Counted from the stretch's first letter, positions 37,212-51,262 are shown. The stretch: DNA of 64,000 nucleotides from Octopus sinensis (GCF_006345805.1 NC_042999.1:1364001-1428000), one strand, 5' to 3'. A program made the numbers and translations. Notes: generated by a model not told the origin, from the sequence alone.

Positions 37212-37440
37212 AAAGTTTGAAAAAAAAACCCCTTTATGTTTCGAGTGCAAAGGCCAATCTTCAGATGAATACAGTCAAAGAAATATATGTTTACATAGAT
37301 CCTGCCATTTTGGATAGCCAGATGGACAGTGACCCTGGCTATCCAAAATGGCAGGATTTATATAAACATATTTCTTTGACTATATTCTTCTGAAGATTGG
37401 CCTTTGCACTCGAAATATAAAGGGTTTTTTTTCAAACTTT
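37212..37440. repeat. Fold-back palindrome with degenerate HHR-like motif in each arm (family H5)
   Basis: ~108-bp arms, 13-nt loop atggacagtgacc; CTGAAGA at 37390 and GAAA at 37412. Confidence 0.85.
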
Positions 37441-37479
37441 TAAGCTGTGTGAAAAGCTTTCCTTGTTTTTCATTTCATT

Positions 37480-37524
<45 letters not shown>

Positions 37525-37744
37525 TATAGATATATATTTTTATGTATGTATATACATATATGTGTGTATGTGCATATATATATCTATATATACATATCGT
37601 TGCTATTATGTTAAACTGTTCTATGTCCACATTTTGCCAAATGCTTCTTTTCCAATATTTAAATTTCTGCTTGCAATGGCCAGTTCTTTTGGTCAAACTA
37701 TCGTATCTCCATCTGCTTCTGATGACAAGATATTAAAAATTATC

Positions 37745-38800
37745 AAAATATAGTACAACAGTTTTGCTATGAAATGGTAAAACTATTTTTTTCATTTTCT
37801 GAAAAAGCAATGTTTTGGACTTACGACACTTTTACATAATAGCAACGATATAAACACACACGCACACACACATGACAGAAGTAAATAGACACCCCCATAA
37901 AACAACACTGTTTTATGTTTGTTTTAACTTGAAAAGGTTTATATTTTTTTATTAATGGACGTCTTTATGTTTCAGATTCTATATATGACTGTTTAATCAT
38001 GCCACATAAAAAACAAGACTTGGAACTGTCCAAATTTCAAAGTGGCCATACTGTGGGTCAGTCTGAAGGTGGACTTAGTGTAAAATTGCAGAAAACTTTG
38101 GGATCCCGCTTTCTACGGTTAATAGGGTGATTGTGCAATTCACCAGAGAGGGGAAGGAGTCCTCATCACTTTTCCCAGATTGACCAGGGGCCTCTGACAG
38201 AACCTTTTGCTTTGTTAAGTGAAGTGTGGAGGATAATCCTCACTGCAAGGCTTCTTACATAGCAGAACAAGTTGATGTCAGTCCCAGAACAGCTGTCAGG
38301 TATCTCTACAAACATGGCTATTATGGCAGAGCAGCAAGAAGGAAGCCACTTCTTCAACCAGCCAATATCAAGTGGAGAAAAGATTGGGCCAATGCAATGA
38401 TTGAGTGGCCACTACCATTTTGGGACACTATTATATTCTCTGATGAGTTCAGATTTGCTGTATTTTCTGAGAGTGGTCAAGTGTGGGTCTGGAGACTGTG
38501 ATCAAGAATTTGGCATGGAAAGATTGCAGCCAACAATGAAACAAGGCAGCTATTCTGTGGTGGTCTGGGGAGCAATTTGGAGCAATGCTCAATCAGAGCT
38601 GGTGGGGTATGAGGGAAACATAAACTCAGATAAATATGTGTCCATGTTGCAGAAAGGACTCTTTCCAATCTTCTCAAGACTCTTTATTTATGGAAGATGG
38701 GGATCCTTGTCACACAGCTAAAAAGACCCAAGATTGGTTGGAAAAGAATAACATTAAAAACCTTCCATGGCCAAATATGAACCCATATCACCAGATATGA
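37745..38800 (+). mobile_element. Decayed Tc1 (DD34E-type) transposon
   Basis: [10 protein letters not shown]...WDTIIFSDE; VVVWGAIWS; FMEDGDPCHTAKKTQDWL; frameshifted. Confidence 0.9.
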
Positions 38801-38809
38801 ACCCTATTG

Positions 38810-39345
38810 TTAGGAAGGCATTCTGCGATAAAAACCCTACCAGAAGAGATACAGAAGTTTGGTGCAGGCTCCTGCCTGGCCAGCCCCTGTCAAACCGTCC
38901 AACCCATGCCAGCATGGAAGGCAGACATTAAACAATGATGATGTAAAACAGGCTTCTTTCAGTTTCTTATTTCTTTATTGCCCACAAGGGGCTAAACATA
39001 GAGGGGACAAACAAGGACAGACAAACGGATTACATCGACTCCAGTGCATAACTGGTACTTAATTTATCGACCCCGAATGGATGAAAGACAAAGTTGACCT
39101 TGATATAATTTGAACTCAGAATGCAATGGCGAACGAAATACCACAAAGCATTTCACCTGGTGTGCTAACGTTTATGCCAGCTCACCACCTTAGGCTTCTT
39201 TCAGTTTCTGTCTGCCAAATCCACTCACAAGGCTTTGCTCAGCTTGAGGCTAAAGGAGAAAGACACTTGCCCAAGGTGCCATGCAGTGGAACTGATCTAG
39301 GAACCATGTGGTTGGAAAGCAAGCTTCTTACCACACAGCTATGCC
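38810..39345. mobile_element. Nested S3 (+), S1 (-) and S2 (-) fragments
   Basis: Family motifs as above. Confidence 0.8.
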
Positions 39346-40309
39346 TTTCTACAATATCTTTATTTTGCAAAAACCAAACCAAGCTGCTGATAATAAATGA
39401 GAAAAACAACATTAAGAAACACAGAAATAACTTTGTTCGTGACAACCAAGAACTTACCATGAAAAATACTATTATTATATTAGTTATAACAGTCAGAACT
39501 TTCCAATATTACATTTAAAATATTTTCAAAATGTATTAATTCTTTCCTGATCTTAAGACTACTGGTTGGTTGAATGGTTTATCAGTTGGCCAACCAATTC
39601 AAAGCCTATAATATTTTATTCATGAATTATAGGCTTTGAATTTTAATATCAATGGACTAGCAGCTTTAGAAAACTTTCCTTAATATAACATCGTAGATAT
39701 TTGCAATATATTTCATATTACCATAAGAAATATATTACAAATTCTCGAAACCAATCAGATTGTTCTCATTAACCACAAATAAATCCATTGCATTTTGTAA
39801 TATATTCATGCGAATATAGAACCCAGGTTGGCACTGCGAGAGCTATGGGTTTAACACACTTCTACATTAAAGTCTTATCTCATTAATAAATATCACAGTC
39901 TCAAATAAGATTTTCCGAGAAAGCCATCAACCATTTCGATAACAGAGTACAATTGATGTTAAGCTAGAATTTGAGTTGATATAATCCTTTTACGAAGAGC
40001 AGGAACCCAGAAAGGGTCAGGTCATATATTTTCAGCTTGATATATGAAAAAGTTCAAAAGTTGCCTTGCTTAATAAATGCAATATGTTATATATTTGTGG
40101 TGTACAAGATAACATTGGAGAATAATAAATGATGGCTTGTTTGGTTACGAGATGCTGTAGGAAGAAGACAAACTGAGATATTTTGCAATGAAGGACAATG
40201 GATGCGAATATACGTTGTGTGTTTAACCTCGTGTGGTGGAAAGAGTGGAATGGGCAGAAAGGAAGAGATATTTAGGAACGCTAAGGAAAAAAAGAGAAAA
40301 TACAGATAG

Positions 40310-40716
40310 AAGACATACATCATCATCATCATCATCACCACCACCACCATCATCATCATCAGCATCATCATCATCATCTCTCTCACCATCACCATTGTCA
40401 TATTCACCATCAGCAACACCATCATCACTATCACCATGCTATCATCATCATCACCATCATTATTATCACCATCACCACTGCCATGATCATCATCATCATT
40501 ACCACCACCATCATCGTTATCATCATCATCTCTCCTACCATCACCGTTGTCATGATCATCACCAACACCATCATCACCATCACCATCCTAACATCATCAT
40601 CACCACCACCACCACGATCATCTTCATCATCATCTCCATCAGTATCACCATCATCATCACAATCACCACCATTAACATCATCACCACCACCAACATCATC
40701 ACCACCACCAACTCAT

Positions 40717-40762
<46 letters not shown>

Positions 40763-41310
40763 TCTCACCATCACCATTGTCATATTCACCATCAGCAACA
40801 CCATCATCACTATCACCATGCTATCATCATCATCACCATCATTATTATCACCATCACCACTGCCATGATCATCATCATCATTACCACCACCATCATCGTT
40901 ATCATCATCATCTCTCCTACCATCACCGTTGTCATGATCATCACCAACACCATCATCACCATCACCATCCTAACATCATCATCACCACCACCACCACGAT
41001 CATCTTCATCATCATCTCCATCAGTATCACCATCATCATCACAATCACCACCACTAACATCATCACCACCACCAACATCATCACCACCACCAACATCATC
41101 ACCACCACCATCATCATCATCATCATCTCTCCCACCATCACCGTTGTCATGATTACCACCACCAACACCATCATCACCATCACCATCTTATCATCATCAC
41201 CACCATCCTCATCATCACCACTACCATCATCATCAACACCACCATGATCATCTTCATCATATCCATTGGTACCATCATCATCATCATCACTGTCCTCATC
41301 ATAATCTTTG
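40310..41310. repeat. (CAT/CAC)n low-complexity tract with a 382-bp internal duplication
   Basis: ORFs at 40483 and 40865 start with the same translation. Confidence 0.9.
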
Positions 41311-41639
41311 CCTCCACTTTCATTCTTTCCATGCTTGCATGGCTCAGATGCAAATCACTGAGGTAGATTTTCTACAGCCAGATACCCACAGGCATAATGT
41401 GTTCCATGACAGAGTGCTGCACTTACAGCTGGCCTGGGGCAGGTTCTCTGTGCACACATTCTGGGCTGCATCCAGTAAATAGTCAATAAAATAACGGTCA
41501 TATACTGTGATCCCTGTAATCCACTAACACACATCCCCCAACAAGTTTCTGGTTTTGCTGCTCATAAAGGGTTTTAATTTTTGCATGAGGCCAGTGCTTC
41601 CTAAGGAGGGGATTAATCGCTTAGATCAACAGATCCCTG

Positions 41640-41965
41640 TCTGGCCAGCCCCTGTCAAACTGACCAACCCATGCCAGCGATGGTAAAACGGATGTTAAGC
41701 TACAACAACAAGGATGATGATGATGATGATGATGATGACTATGACGAGGATGATGATGATGAAGAAGATGATGACAATAAGGATGATGATGACGATGACA
41801 TTGATGATGACAATGAGGATGATGATGATGATGACAATGACGATGATGAGAATGACGATGATGATGACCATGACGATGATGATGACCATGACGATGATGA
41901 TGATGACGATGATGATGATGATGGCGATGACGACGACGACGACGATTATGATGATGATGATGATG
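41640..41965 (+). repeat. RTE-type tail expanded into (GAT/GAC)n
   Basis: caacccatgccagc...ggatgttaag followed by ~250 bp of trinucleotide repeat. Confidence 0.85.
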
Positions 41966-42181
41966 ATCGACTCCTGTGTTCAACTGGGACTTATTTTATT
42001 GACCCTGAAAGGACAAAAAATCCAAAGTCCATCTTGGCGGCATTTGATCTCAAGAACGTAGAGACGGACAAAATGCAGCTAAGCATTATTGCTTGGTACA
42101 TTAGCAATTCTGCCAGCTGACATTTCGTTGCATTTATTTGAAACAATTATAGGCTAAATCACCATATGTAAATGTGTATGT

Positions 42182-42217
<36 letters not shown>

Positions 42218-42229
42218 TTATATATATAT

Positions 42230-42705
42230 CATCATCATCATTTAACATCTGCTTTCCATGCTAACATGGGTTGGATGATTTGACTGAGGACTGGCGAACC
42301 AGATGGCTGTGCCAGGCTCCAATCTGATCTGGCAGAGTTCCTACAGCTGGATGCCCTTCCTAATGCCAACCACTCTGAGAGTGTAGTGGGTGGTTTTACG
42401 TGCCACCGGCATGAGGGCCAATCAGGCGGTACTGGCAACGGCCATGCTCAAATGGTGCTTTTTATGTGCCACCTGCACAAGAGCCAGTCCAGCGGCACTG
42501 GCAACGACCTTGCTCGAATGTTTTTCACATGCCACCAGCACAAGTGCCAGTAAGGTGGCGCAGGTAGTGATCACGCTCGAATGCTGTTTTTTATGTGCCA
42601 CCAGCACGTAGGCCAGCTTGTTGCTCTGGCAATGATCACGTTCATATGGTACTCTTAGCGCACCACTAGCATGGATGCCAGTCATCGAATTTGATTTCAA
42701 TTTCG
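42230..42705 (-). mobile_element. S3 copy, near full length
   Basis: Tail at 42230, about four internal repeats, 5' end catcgaatttgatttc. Confidence 0.9.
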
Positions 42706-42722
42706 ATATATATATATATATA

Positions 42723-42853
42723 CATATAGGGTGATTCAAAAGTCGCCATACATAAGAATAATTTATTTCTTTATAAGAAACAGTTTTTTATTTAACTGTT
42801 TCTTATAAAAAAAATTAATTTTTCCTATGTATGGTAACTTTTGAATCACCCTG
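42723..42853. mobile_element. ~130-bp fully palindromic Tc1/mariner-type MITE
   Basis: agggtgattcaaaagtNNccatacat at both ends; inner tttataagaaacagtt / aactgtttcttataaa; TA flanks. Confidence 0.85.
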
Positions 42854-42876
42854 TATATATGTGTGTGTATATAAGT

Positions 42877-43110
42877 GTACGGGATTTGATCAATAAATAT
42901 CAGGATTGTTGCCATAGAAACAAAGCTAAAGCACACAGAGTGAAGTCGCTTGGCACAAATTGACCTTGAACTCTGCTGTACATGCACACTAAGTTTTAAC
43001 TTTCTACCTCACTTCCGCTGTTTACAGCAGTGCTTTGTAGGAAGGTGTGTAGCATGTAATCGTAGCATTGACCATGACAGAAAGTTGTCATGATGATACC
43101 TGCTCAGTAT
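42877..43110 (+). mobile_element. 5' end of the mariner family seen at 1002-1883
   Basis: gatcaataaatatcaggattgttgccatag...ctgctgtacatgcacactaagtttt; cut by an S2 copy at 43110-43203. Confidence 0.8.
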
Positions 43111-43324
43111 GTTAGAAGACACTTGCCCAAGGTACCATGCAGTGGGACTGACCCCAGAGCCATATGGTTTGTAAACAAGCTACTTACCACACAGCCACTC
43201 CTAGTGGCATATATCTGGTTTTGAAAGGAACCTCTTCAATACAAGGGTGATAATTAACCACAACTCTGATGTCTACTTTGGAAAAGGTTACCAGATGTCA
43301 CATATACTGATTTCAACATTTTAG

Positions 43325-43720
43325 CACCAGGCCAGCAATTTCAAGGAAGGGACTAGGCGAATTACATCAGCCCCAGTGCTCAACTGGTACCCATAAAAGG
43401 ATGAAAGGCAAAATTGACCTTGGTGAAATTTGAACCCTGAATGCAAAAATGGACAAACTGCCACTGAGCATTTTGCCAAGGCATGCTTTAGATTCTTTCA
43501 ACCTGCTACCTTAGAGGTTCCATATTTCGGTTTCCAGTTTTGGCACAAGGCCAGCAGTTTGTTGAGAGGGGACATTTCAGTTCTATCAATCCTGGTGTCT
43601 GGCTGGTACTTATTTCATCAACCGCAAAATCATGAAAAGCAAAGTTGACTTTGACAGGATTTGAACTCAGAACATCAAGATGGACAAAATGCTGCTAAGC
43701 ATTTTGGTTAAGTTCTGCCT
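43325..43720 (-). mobile_element. Two decayed S1 copies
   Basis: gatgaaaggcaaaattgacc; gatttgaactcagaac. Confidence 0.7.
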
Positions 43721-44049
43721 TAGATGTTCCATGTATTAAGATTTCATAAACATTGATTAACTTTATAAAATTCATCAACATTTAGAAGCCTGGAGGCAAA
43801 CAGTAATATTTTAATAATTACAGTTATTAACTAGCTCTTACATATCAATGCCAGATTTCAAATTTTAAAATAATCTTCAAAAAATAATTTCATTTATGCA
43901 GAAAATGCTTCCTTTTTCTCATTTTCACTTGTAGTTTTTTAATCTACAACTGATTTATTTTTAACTTTTTAACTTCAATTTTATTTCAGGATTTTTGTAT
44001 TTATAAATTTATTTCAAATAATTTTGGTAGAGATGTGTTTTAATAATGG

Positions 44050-44368
44050 TTTGTTATTATTATTATTATTGTTACTATTATTACTATTATTATTATTGTT
44101 ATTATTATTGTTGTTATTATATTTATCATCATCATCATTATCATCATTATTATTATTATCATCATCATCATTATCAATATTATTATTATTATCATCATCA
44201 TTATCAATATTATTATTATTATCATCATCATTATCAATATTATTATTATTATCATCATCATTATTATCATCATTATTATTATTGTTATTATCATCATTAT
44301 TATTATTGTTATCATCATCATCATTATTATTATTATTATCATCATTATTATTATTGTTATCATCATCA

Positions 44369-44400
<32 letters not shown>

Positions 44401-44470
44401 GTTATCATTATTATTATTATTGTTATCATTATTATTATTATTTTCATTATTATTATTATTATTTTTACAT
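44050..44470. repeat. (ATT/CAT)n microsatellite
   Basis: Direct inspection. Confidence 0.97.
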
Positions 44471-44824
44471 TTGTTAAATTCAATATATTTTATTCTTTTG
44501 ATAGAGAAAAAACCTGTCTTGGAATAAACTCAAAGACATCCATTAGACCTCGCTCTGATTGCAGAAGATTAAGGGTTAAGATTTTAAAAGATACAAATGC
44601 AAATAGTTAAACAAGGATAACATTTATACTTCTGATACTGACAATCCATAAATGCTATTAAAATGTCAACTAGATTATAGGAGAATCTGCAATTTGAAGA
44701 TTCGAAGAAAAAGATATTTGAAACAAGGTATTATATTACAAATTTCTTAATTTATATTTTATTTTATTTTAATTAATATTTTTAATATTATCATTATTAA
44801 TCTTCTTCTTCTTATAATTATTAT

Positions 44825-45211
44825 TATAAGGTGGTGAGCTGATAGTATCGTTAGCATGTCAGGTTAGATGCTTAACAGCATTTTAATGCATTAATAGATT
44901 CCAGGTTCAAATTCTGTTGAGGGCGACTTTGCCTTTCATCCTTTTGGGGTCCATAATATAAGAGCACTAGATTACTTGGAAGAAAGCAGTGAATGTATAC
45001 AAAAACAAGGATGGAAAAAGGTTTCAGTCATTTGACTGCAGCCATGCTGGAGCACCGTCTTTAGCCGAGCAAATCGACCCCAGGACTTATTCTTTGTAAG
45101 CCTAGTACTTATTCAATCAGTCTTTTTTGCTGAACCGCTATGTTACAGGACATAAACACACAAGCATCGGTTGTCAAGCGATGTTGAGGGGACAAACACA
45201 GACACACAAAC

Positions 45212-45257
<46 letters not shown>

Positions 45258-45260
45258 CAT
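44825..45260. mobile_element. S1 fragment (+) and S2 fragment (-)
   Basis: Family motifs as above. Confidence 0.75.
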
Positions 45261-45261
45261 G

Positions 45262-45935
45262 GGCTCCTCCTCCTCCTCCTCCCAAACATCATCTTCATTC
45301 TTATCATCGTTATCATCCCCTCTCCACCTCCTCCACCTCATCCTCATTCTCCTCCTCTGCTTCATCATCATCATCATTCTGTTCATCATAAACATCCTCC
45401 TCTTCCTCCTCATACTTCTCATCATCATCGTCACCCTCCTCATCCTCATCATCATTAGATAATGTCTATCTCTCATTATCACCCTCTTCCTCCCCCTCAT
45501 CACCCTCATCATCAACCTCCTCCTCCTCCTCATCATCATCATCCTGATGGTGAAAGTGGTTGTGATGATGGTGTGATGATGATGATGATGGTGGTCGAAA
45601 TGGGGAAGGTGGTTGTGGTAATGATGATGATGATGGTGGTGGTGGTGGTGGTGGTGGTTGGGTTGGTGGTGGTCAAGCCAGTGAAGGCAGTTGTGGTGGT
45701 GGTGATGATTGTGATAATGATGATGATGGTGGTGGTGGTTGCATTCATGATGGTGAAAGTGGTTGTGTTGGTGGTGTGATGATGATGGTGATGGTGGTGG
45801 TGGTGGTGGTGGGTGGTGGTCGAAATGGGGAAGGTGGTTGTGGTAATGCTGATGATGGTGGTGACAATGATGATGATGATTACAACAATGATGGCGATGA
45901 TGATGATGATGATGGGAATGATGATAAAGACAATG
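45262..45935. repeat. (CAT/CCT)n tract abutting a complementary (GAT/GGT)n tract
   Basis: Strand switch at ~45545. Confidence 0.9.
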
Positions 45936-46509
45936 AGGACATCCATTAAAAGAAAACAAAACCAAAAACAACAAAAAAAGCAAATTACCGAGACACCATG
46001 TCTTGACTGAGATCTTCCGCAGTAAACGTGTTGCGACATGTAGAAGCGTTATTAAATTGTCCAATGCTCCATCACAGATCTACATCAACCATTCTGCTAC
46101 TTTGGTACTTTTCCCACAAAGGTCACACGAGTGTAATACAGTTAACGAAATAAAAACAGATTCAGAGACAAAAAATACCAAAAATCAAAAAAAAAAAAAA
46201 CATTCAATTAACTACAAGCGTTTTGGTTAAAACCACAACTTTTCTAAAACTTGAAATATCTTTGAATTTTCTCTTTTGGTTTAGATATTGACCTGAAGAA
46301 GTTCCAGTTGAAGATCAAAGCTATAAAAGAGCTTAGGGGACCGATATCTCCTCCTTGAACTAAATAAATGAAAAGAGAAAGAAAAAGACAAAAAAATCGA
46401 TGACTGGAAAATATGACTTATAAAAACACAGCCATGTTTGTTTGAATGTAGTCTGAGGTCAAAGCATTGAAAATAACTGCAGGAGAAATAGCACTAACGA
46501 GAAATGCAA

Positions 46510-47177
46510 AAAGTAAAGCTCTTTCTTCCTACCTGGCTATCTGGCTGCCTATCTACCTGGATGGCTGTCTGTCGGTCTGTCTCTGTCTGTCTGTATCTCT
46601 GTCTTTCTACCTGTCTGTTTCTCTCTGTTTCTCTTGCTCTTTGTCACTGTCTATCTGTCTATCTCTCTCTCTTTTTTTTGTTGTTCTCTGTCTGTCTGTC
46701 TTTCTACCTCTCTTTCTCTATCTCTCTCTTTGTCTCTGTCTATCTGTCTGTCTGTCTGTCTCTCCTTTTGTTGCTGTCTGCCTGTCTACCTCTTTCTCTC
46801 TATCTCTCTCTTGTCTCTGTCTGTCTGTCTGTCTGTCTCTGTCTCAAATTTTGTTGCTGTCTTTCTACTTGTTTGTTTGTCTCTCTCTCTCTTTGTCTCT
46901 CTCACTCTCTCTTTGTATGTCTCTGTCTGTCTCTCTATGTCTCTATCTGTCTGTCTGTCTTTGTCTCTCTTTCTGTCGCTGTCTGTCTGTCTGTCTTTCT
47001 ACCTCTTTCTCTCTATCTTTCTCTGTCTCTGTCTCACTTTTTGTTGCTGTCTGTCTGTCTCTCTATTTGTCTCTGTATGTCTGTCTGTCTCTCTCTTTGT
47101 CTATCTGTCTGTCTGTCTGCCTGTTTGTCTCTATATGTCTGTCTGTCTGCCTGTTTGTCTCTCACTTTCTCTCTTTG

Positions 47178-47211
<34 letters not shown>

Positions 47212-47220
47212 TCTCCCTCA
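46510..47220. repeat. (CT/CTGT)n low-complexity tract
   Basis: Direct inspection; source of the SVCL-rich ORFs. Confidence 0.95.
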
Positions 47221-47309
47221 GTTTAATGTGGTATCTTTATTTTCTCATGTACATATGATGTAATGAAATTGTATCATGACATACTGAATACCATATAATA
47301 ATAATATTC

Positions 47310-48390
47310 CTTCCTCCAACAGGCAAAAATCCTGAAATTCTAGGGTAGGGGAAAATCAATTACGTTGACTCCAGTGACCCCAAAACGATAAAAGGCACAG
47401 TCGACCATGGCAGCATTTGAACTCAGAACATAAGGGACAAAACGTTTAACCGCATTTTGTCTGGCATGCTAATGGTTCAGCCAGCTTCCTGCCATCTTAA
47501 TAATAATCCTTTCTACTGGAAGCACGAGGCTTCAAATCTGAGGGAAGGGATTAAGTCGATGACATCAACCCCAGTGCATAACTGGTACTATTTTTATCGA
47601 CCATGAAAGGATGAAAAGCCAAAGTCAACATCAGGGGAATTTGAACTCAGAATGTAGTGGCAGACGAAATACCACTAAGTATTTCCCCCAGCATGCAAAT
47701 GATCCTTTTCTATTCTAGACACAAGATCTGAAATTTTTGGGGAGTGGGGCCAGTTGATTAGATTTCATTGCTACTATTGGAAATTATTGTCTGCTTAATG
47801 AGCTTTTGCTTTACGAGCGATCTCCAGGAATAAATTAACTCAGATATCAAGGTATAACTGCACTTATATATATTTTTTAAATTTTATTATATATGAAACA
47901 AATCAAAATCGTTGACGTGGCCAATGACAGTACCGCCTGATTGGCACTTGTGCCAGTAGAATGTTAAAAGCACATCCGAGCGTGATTGTTGCCAGGGTCA
48001 TGGATTGGTTCCCATGCTGGTGACACATGGAAAGCACCATTCAAGCATGATCATTGCCAGCGTCGCCTTACTGGCACATGAAAAACAACATTCAAGTGTG
48101 GTTGTTGCCAGTGCCGCCGGACTGGCTCCTGTGCAGGTAGCACGTGAAAACGCCTTTTGAGCATGGCCGTTGGCAGAACCACCTGACTGGCTCTTGTGCC
48201 AGTGGCATGTAAAAGCACCCACTACACTCTCAGAGTGGTTGGCATTAGGAAGGGCATCCAGCTGTAGAAACTTTGCCTGATCAAAATTGGAGCCTGGTGC
48301 AGCCATCTGGTTTGCCAGACCTCAGTCAAATGGTCCAACCCATGCCAGCATGGAAAGCGGACGTTGAACGATGATGGTGATGATGATGAT
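47310..48390. mobile_element. S1 copies (-, 47310-47760) and an S3 copy (+, 47930-48390)
   Basis: Family motifs as above. Confidence 0.8.
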
Positions 48391-48769
48391 TGATGATGCA
48401 TATTTTCCTTTCAACATTCATCATCATCATCATCTTTATTTTGTTTTCGATACTGGCATAGGCTCGACAGTTAGGCTAGAGCTGGCAAGCTGGAGTGCTG
48501 TACCAGTCTGTTTTGGCAAGATTTCCTTGGCTGGATGCCCTCCTAACACCAATCACTTTACAGAGTGTATTCAGTGCTTTTCATGTGGGCCTCCAGCACA
48601 GGTGCTTTTCATGTGGCATCAACACAAGTGCATTTTAAGTTCAAATTTAACCAGAGTTGATTTTAAGCTCTCTAACGATAAGTTAAAAGGGACCAACAAA
48701 GTGGTCAGTATTGACTCCTTAGGAAGTCTATGTTGCTATCTAAAGGGTTGATAAATTTTCATATTCTAG

Positions 48770-49010
48770 TGTGCTCATGCAACAGAGTGTAAGCAACCAG
48801 AGAGAAATGTTGGACATACGAAGCATCAGATGTGGTGTACAAGAAGATGACTGAGCTAGTATGGTCATGTGCTGTGTGTGGATGAGGAGAGCTGTGTGAA
48901 GAAGTGTCACACTCTAACAGTGGAAGGAACCCGTGGAAGAGGGAGACACAGGAAGACATAGGATGAAATGAAGCATGACCTTCAAATGTTGGGCCTCACA
49001 GAGACAGTAG
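48770..49010 (+). mobile_element. RTE ORF 3' fragment
   Basis: REMLDIRSIRCGVQ...YGHVLCVDEESCVKKCHTLTVEGTRGRGRHRKT*. Confidence 0.85.
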
Positions 49011-49122
49011 TTATAGTTATTTCATGAAATTATTGATTTGAATTCAATGATTTCTGTTTAAAACAAAAAAAAATAAAAAATTTTTATTTGTAAATCTCAC
49101 AACGTGAGATATTCAGCAACAG

Positions 49123-49490
49123 TACTTTGGAGTAAAGATTATTTGCCCACATAACATGGCAGTCCTGGTTTAGGATGAATGTTGCTGTAATTTAGCCCCA
49201 AGAGACATCATCTCCAGCTGACTATACGACATGATCTGTGTCTTATATTTTCGAACAAGGGAATTTAGCACCCCAAATTCAGCTCAAACAATATTTGTGT
49301 AGTACGATTTCTGGGTTATTTCTTTTCACCAGATATTGTTTTGATCTGAGTAGGGGTGCTAGATTCCTTTGTTTGAACATATAAGGACACAGATTATGTC
49401 AATGTCGCCTGGGGCTAAATTATAGCATGCAATATTCATCCTAAACCAGGACTACCATGTTATGTTGGCAAATAATCTTTACTCCAAAAG
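49123..49490. mobile_element. Fold-back MITE-like element
   Basis: ~165-bp inverted arms starting tttggagtaaagattatttgcc / ggcaaataatctttactccaaa. Confidence 0.85.
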
Positions 49491-49771
49491 AAAAAAATGT
49501 TCTGAACTGAAATATAATTATCTGTATTGACAGGCAGACCCCCTCCCCAAACCAATTACAAATTGGATGGGAATAAGTAACCAGCAGTGAATTGTGAACT
49601 TCAAGAGGTGTTCCAATATACTAAAATGTTGAACAAATTAATTTTAATGGTCAGTCTTTGAATATAATTGCTCCTTGAATTACACTAGTTTGATAAGTGC
49701 TAACATACAAAACTCTCACCCCTTGATCACTCTATAGCGTCTGATAAAATTTATTAAAAAAATATATCTAT

Positions 49772-50155
49772 AGGCACCGGAGTGGCTGTGTGATAAGTAG
49801 CTTGCTTGCCAACCATATGGTCCTGAGTTCAGTCTCACTGTGTGGCACCTTGGGCAAATGTCTTCTACTATGTCCTCAGACCAACCAAAGCCTTGTGGGT
49901 GGATCTGGTAGATGGAAACTGAAAGAAGCCCATCATATATACATATATATGTGTGTGTGTATGTGTGTGTCTGTTGCCCCACAATCGCTTAACAATCGAT
50001 GCTGGTGTCTTTACGTCCCCGTAACTTAGCCGTTCTTCAAAAAAGACCGATAGAATAAGTACTAAGCTTACAAAGAATAAGTCCTGGGGTCGATTTACTC
50101 GACTAAATGTGGTGCTCCAGCATGGCCACAGTCAAATGACAAACAAATAAAAGAA
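49772..50155 (+). mobile_element. S2 SINE, near full length
   Basis: ataggcaccggagtggctgtgtg...ccagcatggccacagtcaaatgac. Confidence 0.9.
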
Positions 50156-50360
50156 TACTCATGTTTTGAGCTCTATTTTTCCCTGTTTGCATCATCACAC
50201 CTGGAATTATCTATCTTAGTGAATTAACTAGATGTTTATAAAATGGCCTAATGAGGTGTAATGCCGTACAGTATTACAGACAGTGTTTAGTAGAGAAGTT
50301 GCTAGCAATATATAGCAGATTTAACTGTGCAGAACAGAAAGCTATACACATGAGCATACA

Positions 50361-50391
<31 letters not shown>

Positions 50392-50665
50392 ATTTCTCCT
50401 TTTTTTTTTCCTGATCCCTTTTGATCAGAATTTTACTTTTTTTCGTATTTTACCCCCTTTTTTTTTCATTTTTGAAAAGGAAAGCTCTACATTTGTATTT
50501 GTCCCCTGTGTGGCCAATAAAGAAAGTTATCTTTCTATCTATCTATTTATCTACCTACCTATTTATCTACCAATCTATTTATCTATCTATCTATCTGTTT
50601 ATCTATCTATCTTTCTATTTATCTATATATATATATCTATCTATCCATCTATTTATCTATCTATG

Positions 50666-50709
<44 letters not shown>

Positions 50710-51029
50710 CAATTTTGAATTTAATGATTTATATTTGGAACAATCTGAAGTGAATATCAATTTCTCTATCCAGAAAGAGAGAGCCAATTACTGATTGATT
50801 GGCAATAAGCAACGTAACAAGACTCATGAATCGCAAATCTTACACTCTGTCTCCCCCCCCCACACACACATATATATATATAAAGTAAATATTTAAGTTT
50901 TGCGTATATTCCTAGTCGTAAGCCGATGAAGCACGTTCACTGCCTATGGCTGCCTGAAGCCATCCACAGTATTTATACAATTATTGCTAGATTTACATCA
51001 GCATATAACAAATGATAGAGATGGAAAAT

Positions 51030-51262
51030 CAGGCGGCGAGCTGGCAGAACCGTTAACAGGCCGGGCGAAATGCGTAGCCGTATTTCGTCTGCCGTTACAT
51101 TCTGAGTTCAAATTCCGCCGAGGTCGACTTTGCCTTTCATCCTTTCGGGGTCGATAAATTAAGTACCAGTTACGCACTGCTGTCGATGTAATCGACTTAA
51201 TCCCTTTGTCTGTCCTTGTTTGTCCCTTATATGTTTAGCCCCTTGTGGGTAATAAAGAAATA
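51030..51262 (+). mobile_element. S1 SINE, low-divergence monomer
   Basis: ggcggcgagctggcagaaccg...gagttcaaattccgccgaggtcgactttgcctttcatcctttcggggtcg; CpGs retained. Confidence 0.92.

Noticed and set aside
45262-45935. Designed long hairpin between the CAT/CCT and GAT/GGT tracts
   Set aside because: Complementarity is only at the microsatellite level; the arms are not specific mirror copies.
34350-47263. Long poly-L/I/H/D/S ORFs, including apparent signal peptides and TM segments
   Set aside because: All coincide with tri- or dinucleotide microsatellites; they are open only because the repeats lack stop codons.
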